64,000 nt of DNA. Origin: Lentisphaerae bacterium GWF2_57_35. Lineage in GTDB: Bacteria; Verrucomicrobiota; Kiritimatiellia; CAIQIC01; GWF2-57-35. The notes under the pieces were generated by a model. That model did no database searches, was not told the DNA's origin, and saw only the letters and a program-made list of their open reading frames with translations. A program made the position numbers and the translations under genes. Shown in pieces: positions 60,401-64,000 of this stretch. Every line of letters starts with the position of its first letter. Within the stretch, counting starts at the first letter, position 1. The stretch lies in NCBI GenBank assembly GCA_001804865.1, contig MHBK01000051.1, forward strand, positions 75,636-139,635. The letters run 5' to 3'.

Positions 60401-63400
60401 GCAAATAGCGAATAGGAATCTGCTGCGGTATATAAGCCTCCCCCCAGACGCGCCAGACAACCTGTTATAATGCAATTTGCTATTCGCACATCTTCTTCAC
60501 ACCAAGCGCCGCCACCGTCTTGAGAGAGGGTTCCTCCGCTATTATCAGTGTGACCATTATAAAGAGTGAACCCATCAACAGTGCATTTTGCGGCTGCATA
60601 TAAACAACGAGTGGATAATTCGGGGCCACTGCCAGATATTGTCGTAACAGATGGACCATTGACACTTTGCAGGTGAACCGAATCCTTCAGAAGAGCAACC
60701 CGACACCCAATTCCGTCCCCAACAATCCGCATTCCTGAATCATAAACCCCATTGGAAACCAATACAAAGGAACCGACCCATGCCGCATCAATGGCATCCT
60801 GAATATTGGTTGCAGCGGTTGCCCATGTGATGAATGGGACAGAGGGGCTGGAATTATATTTATCGACATAATAGACACCTAATTCGTCCGCGCCGATATC
60901 AACGATTTGATCTTGTATTCTTGGAGCACCATCTAAATCGGCTTCTACCGCGAATCTCGATAGGTTGGTCCCCGCATTTCGACACGGAGAGTCCGGCATT
61001 AAATGCCAGCCGTCGCGTTGAAAATTCGGATCGGTATTGATATTACCTACACCTGGAGCGGGCGATGGGCCTTGAATACAAGAGTACGCCGCGCCCCACG
61101 TTCCGCCTTCAATAACGCGATTATTTGCGGCTCGCAATATACAATTAGTCAAACAAGCCGTGCCCCCTAAATAGATCAGCGGGGCTAAAGATCCGGCGTC
61201 GTTGTCAACCAAGGTGCAATTGACCAAATTCAGGTCACCCATCGAGCGAATTGCACTGCCCCTACATCCACCGCCATTATCCATCAACAGACTGTTCTCA
61301 ACGACTGTGCGCGAGGTCGAATATATTCCTTCCGCACCGGGAGAACAACGGTTGCTGGCAATAACACTGCGGTCGATATATATAGGCAAGGTAACGTATA
61401 GCGCTCCCCCTTCTCTTGCGTAATTGTCCTCAAAAACACATCTCGACATTAGGCAAGTAATCCCCGACAAATAAATAGCACCACCTGCACTGCCACCAAT
61501 GTTTCCGGTGAACAAGCAATTTTCCAATACAAATGATCCCGATGTGCCGCACACCGCACCACCATAGCCCGTTGTAATGGAATTACTGATAAATGCGCAT
61601 GACTGAACAGTCAGCATGGCTCCATCAGCATTGATCGCTCCGCCAAAATAGAATATATGTCCATTTCGCATGGTCAAATGCTTAATGACGGCACTAGTTG
61701 TCCCATTTTGAATCAGAAACGCCCGGCCAGAAGATTCACAGTCGATGACGGTATTGTCTCGTTGCCCTTGCAGGCCGGTAACGGCCAGGTTTTTTCCGTT
61801 GAAATCCACGTCACGATTTAAAGATCCCGTATAGGCGCCAGGCATAATAATAATATGGTGGCCATTGGACGCCTGCCCAAGCGCGTAAGAAATGGTAGCG
61901 TAAGGGTTGGTATACGAGCCGCGGCCTATGGCATCCACGCCGTTGGTGGCGACGTAGTGACCGCCGACGGGCTGAGAGTCAAGCGAGTTGGGATTGGTTT
62001 GGGCGTTATACTCTTCCAGGTTCGACCAGCCGTCCTGGTCGGGGTCCAGGTCCGCATCGGCGGGGTTGTTGGGATTCAGGCTATGCCAGCGTTCCCAGTC
62101 GTCGCTCATGCCGTCGCCGTCGGCGTCCACAAAACCGGCCGTTGGATCGGCGCCGGCGTAATATTCGTAGAGATTGATGAGGTGGTCGCCGTCTTCGTCG
62201 TTTGTCTCCACACGCGACAAATTAGAAAACCATTTCATTTCCCACCAATCCCCCATTTCATCGTCATCGGTGTCCGGATTGGTCAGGACGATATCGGCGT
62301 TGTCGATTGGGCCGGCAATGGAAAGGGCGGTGTTCGTATAGTAGCCGCGGGCTTCGTACACTCCGCAGGTTCTGTTGCCGTCGGAGTCGCGCCAGGTCCA
62401 AATCCAGCAGGGTCCTTCCGGAAAAGCGGTCAGCCGATAAGGGCCGGGTTGCGGCAAGACTTGTGCAAAGTTTGTGCTGCAACTGTTCGAGGCGGCGACG
62501 GCCACAACATAAATCAAGCCGGTCTGGCCTCCACTATAAGGCGCATAACTTATCGTGCCGCCGATGCTGGGCGGGTCCTGGAGCGCAAAATCGATGGCGG
62601 TCCTGCGGTTGCTGACGGCAAAGGCCGTTTGGCTGTACCGCCCCACCCGTTCGGGCCAGGCCATGTTGAAATTTGTGTCGGAATCGACGAAGGCGCGAAT
62701 CCAGTAATTCGAGGCGGGCATTCCAACGATGGAATAATTGACGGGGAAGGTCACAACCGCCATTTCGCCGGAAAGGCCGCTGCTTTGTATCCAGGGAATG
62801 ACGCAACGATACGTCGTATCCCAACTATTCGATGCCGTGACCGCGACGATCCAAATATCCCCATTGACCGAACCCGTGTAGCTCAGTTGTCCCCAAATCG
62901 AGGGGACATCCTGCAGGGCCATGTTGACGCCGCCGATATTGGACGTCACGTAAGTTGAGGCCGCACTGTAAAGAGCCCAAGGCTCCCAGCCGTCCAGGTT
63001 GTGATTGTTGTTCGCATCGCGAAACGCTTTGAACCACCAAGCCCGAGGGATGGCGACGCGATTGTTGCTATAGGCGTCCGGCGTGGGCATCGAGACGGAG
63101 CCCCCCAGCGACCAGCTCTCGGAGGCGGCCACCGCCAGCATATAGACCGAACCGGTTTCAGCGCCGCTATACGAAATTGCACCCGACACGAGAGCCGGGT
63201 GAGACGATGCATTGGTCGGATCGGAATGGTACAGAAATCGTTCGCGCATATCGGCATACCCATCTCCATCCGAATCCAGATCGGCATTGCCCGCCGCATA
63301 GATGCGTGGCGTTACCGGGGGTATGGCCACTTCGGCATCGGTCCATTCGATCCAGTTGGTTGAAGAGGAGACCGGGGTCGTGGCCGCAAGATCCCACCAG

Positions 63401-64000
63401 AATTCAAGCAGGTCATCCGTCCGGAAAACATCGAGCCGATTCGTGAAGCAGTTGACCGGGTAGGTTGCGCCACTATAAGGATACACAATGGTCAGACGGA
63501 CAAGATTGGTCATTCTTTCGATAGCCGTGATGCAGATGTTCGTGACCGGCGGGCCGGCGTAGCGCATAAGCACGGCGCCGCCTTTCGGTGTGGAGGAAGA
63601 AAGGGCAGCATTCTGCGCAATAAGGGCGGTTGTGTACAGGTACGGCTCGGCATATTCGCACGGAACCAACGTAAGTTCCACCTGCACCCGCGAACTGTCA
63701 TATAGCCGGGACATATAGTCCACATAACCGGGGCTGTATTTTCCCGAGAACAGATCCTGAAAGATCGTTTTGAGATACCATTGCGGCTCACGGGTTGCCG
63801 ATTGAAGTGCAAATATCTCTTTGCCTTTTTCGTTAAAGAACCGAGTGGTCCGCGACTTTTGATCTTCGACCATAGTCAGTTTGTAGGCGGGAACACTGTT
63901 CTCGTAGCGTAAGACGAGATTTTTGAATTCGTGCGGAAATTTATGCCAATTAAACGGCAAGACTTGGCCGCTGGGTTGGCGCAGGATGAAATCCTCGGCA
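57454..64000 (-). CDS. Giant secreted protein (>2,168 aa, probably 5'-partial). Its parts are described in the evidence field.
   Basis: The ORF is open to the window end. The first listed codon is TTG and the visible N-terminus has no signal peptide, so the gene likely continues upstream. The N-terminus carries three tandem copies of a ~110-aa unknown module ('ISYSGAETGSVYMLAVAASESWS', 'LSYTGSVNGDIWIVAVTASNSWD', 'ISYAPYSGGQTGLIYVVAVAASNSCS'). Two dockerin/TSP3-like double calcium-loop modules follow: 'DTDDDEMGDWWE...DEDGDHLINLYEY' and 'DADGDGMSDDWE...DPDQDGWSNLEEY'. There are ~18 Pmp-type repeats pairing 'GGAI/GGAV/GGAL' with 'CxFxxN', e.g. 'GGAINADG...CAFISNS', 'GGAIYLSG...CVFEDN', 'GGAISARSNG...CSFEDN'. 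The C-terminus is a W/Y/G-rich region 'DDGYGRGGWRYSANHESSDNSASWWSAVGLY...QNDNGYFGYDGPSYGTSARTSYGLAQLAFL'. Confidence 0.8.
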   Translation of the reverse strand, partial: AEDFILRQPSGQVLPFNWHKFPHEFKNLVLRYENSVPAYKLTMVEDQKSRTTRFFNEKGKEIFALQSATREPQWYLKTIFQDLFSGKYSPGYVDYMSRLYDSSRVQVELTLVPCEYAEPYLYTTALIAQNAALSSSTPKGGAVLMRYAGPPVTNICITAIERMTNLVRLTIVYPYSGATYPVNCFTNRLDVFRTDDLLEFWWDLAATTPVSSSTNWIEWTDAEVAIPPVTPRIYAAGNADLDSDGDGYADMRERFLYHSDPTNASSHPALVSGAISYSGAETGSVYMLAVAASESWSLGGSVSMPTPDAYSNNRVAIPRAWWFKAFRDANNNHNLDGWEPWALYSAASTYVTSNIGGVNMALQDVPSIWGQLSYTGSVNGDIWIVAVTASNSWDTTYRCVIPWIQSSGLSGEMAVVTFPVNYSIVGMPASNYWIRAFVDSDTNFNMAWPERVGRYSQTAFAVSNRRTAIDFALQDPPSIGGTISYAPYSGGQTGLIYVVAVAASNSCSTNFAQVLPQPGPYRLTAFPEGPCWIWTWRDSDGNRTCGVYEARGYYTNTALSIAGPIDNADIVLTNPDTDDDEMGDWWEMKWFSNLSRVETNDEDGDHLINLYEYYAGADPTAGFVDADGDGMSDDWERWHSLNPNNPADADLDPDQDGWSNLEEYNAQTNPNSLDSQPVGGHYVATNGVDAIGRGSYTNPYATISYALGQASNGHHIIIMPGAYTGSLNRDVDFNGKNLAVTGLQGQRDNTVIDCESSGRAFLIQNGTTSAVIKHLTMRNGHIFYFGGAINADGAMLTVQSCAFISNSITTGYGGAVCGTSGSFVLENCLFTGNIGGSAGGAIYLSGITCLMSRCVFEDNYAREGGALYVTLPIYIDRSVIASNRCSPGAEGIYSTSRTVVENSLLMDNGGGCRGSAIRSMGDLNLVNCTLVDNDAGSLAPLIYLGGTACLTNCILRAANNRVIEGGTWGAAYSCIQGPSPAPGVGNINTDPNFQRDGWHLMPDSPCRNAGTNLSRFAVEADLDGAPRIQDQIVDIGADELGVYYVDKYNSSPSVPFITWATAATNIQDAIDAAWVGSFVLVSNGVYDSGMRIVGDGIGCRVALLKDSVHLQSVNGPSVTTISGSGPELSTRCLYAAAKCTVDGFTLYNGHTDNSGGTLSQDGGGAWCEEDVRIANCIITGCLARLGGGLYTAADSYSLFAEDNLFTRNQARGMGGALYLGGDARLAQCSFNGNSAATGGAVFVGSYLDLTNSIFLCNTGLVGGAVVIHRDGMASIWGSLFANNNAFDKGGAISSDGESDFVQCCFSSNLAAIGGALAGCSDLYLSNCLFSGNSAIDGGAISARSNGILMAANCSFEDNNATSVGGAIDAECESYLADCGFTNNSSAIGGALKVSANLNLENSRLNQNTALNGGAVVVQSNGLFRAAACRFEDNHAVNQGGALMGLGVFSLSHCRFIENTASTGGAIAASSQVDVNTSLFHSNVAHKGGAFYSSGHPGYPIRFMNCTLVNNSADNCGHALFLDNTGVPGSYVTMTNCIVWGFVSNNVWGTNWSFAYSCLQDSLIPPGPGNLNSNPLFAPDGWHLSHASPCLNTGSNTSGMEMLTDLDGDARILEAVVDIGADECAFNRFMHMPSYDQSNTWGVSVVGVTTRIWMAATEIQTNQWPLSCWFDLGDGHHSATITVTQTTGSRYIGTEHVYSTSSIYDVNAYLSDSRGVPVTLDFQLACRETNNFDALALLAAENGLIWLYTNAFFHAHGYYWQHDNYGTSYIACANSLAITAFASLGHRPSCEDDIYEETISGGLRYLLIDCLQAKPISTDKCNYNPDANSNGLGIGLANSNNEMYQLGSIMTAFIESAWPTNVAPENAPGNIAGRSYRDIMQDMADYCGWAQTDDGYGRGGWRYSANHESSDNSASWWSAVGLYHAQTWDGISIPNGLRAELAAWIAYSQNDNGYFGYDGPSYGTSARTSYGLAQLAFLNRTFTNTEVQLALNYLNANSIPEASDLYGMHAFGAACDMFDPPIEMIGAQNWRYACATNLLSAQRTDGAWLGNYAGQLLGTASAISILAETAPGRINVLNVGQVPQSAYSNDTVYIHAKILPRADLTNLALRTWYRAGTNGVFTLLSMTNAFDVYYTATPIPAQPPQTKVEYFLQSEYSKDGASVTQRYPSAHLDHCFSYSVNQ

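Overview
This 64 kb window comes from a GC-rich (~60%) bacterium that looks like a member of the PVC superphylum. Three things point that way: many prepilin-type N-terminal methylation-motif proteins, lamin-tail domains, and Chlamydia-type Pmp (FxxN/GGAI) repeats in a giant beta-helix protein. I had no tools, so every call rests on reading the ORF translations and the DNA by eye. No BLAST or HMM search was run and GC content was not computed.

Positions ~1-40.2 kb are a conserved housekeeping core.
- Recognised genes: rpoD (5'-truncated), an ATP-cone/uridine-kinase-family fusion, an acyl-CoA ligase, dgkA, lpxC, dsbD plus a TlpA-like thioredoxin, a CCA-adding enzyme, an O-antigen-ligase-family protein, a 5'-nucleotidase, tig-clpP-clpX, a VWA protein, rho, coaE, a GT-C-like membrane protein and a FEN-like 5'-3' exonuclease.
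- A minus-strand pilM/N-pilO-pilP-like-pilQ (secretin) operon.
- Several membrane or secreted hypotheticals.

From ~40.3 kb to the window end the sequence becomes visibly AT-richer and compositionally mosaic. This part encodes:
- a 1,303-aa surface protein with two lamin-tail domains, preceded by a long hexamer-repeat hairpin;
- a plus-strand operon of four secreted/membrane-anchored hypotheticals, two of which share a 'PTNY[LV]DVS' motif;
- a minus-strand operon with four GspG-like major pseudopilins followed by GspH-, GspI-, GspJ- and GspK-like genes. These lie directly downstream of a >2,168-aa Pmp-repeat parallel-beta-helix protein that runs off the window end.

Other observations:
- Two perfect ~19-21 bp palindromes sit between the giant gene and the first pseudopilin gene.
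- Two copies of a ~90-135 bp MITE-like palindromic element lie at 13.3 and 31.3 kb in inverted orientation.
- A dockerin/TSP3-like double calcium-loop module recurs in four separate proteins (PilP-like, a 483-aa anchored protein, a 742-aa secreted protein, and the giant protein).

No rRNA, tRNA, CRISPR array, integrase or transposase was recognised.
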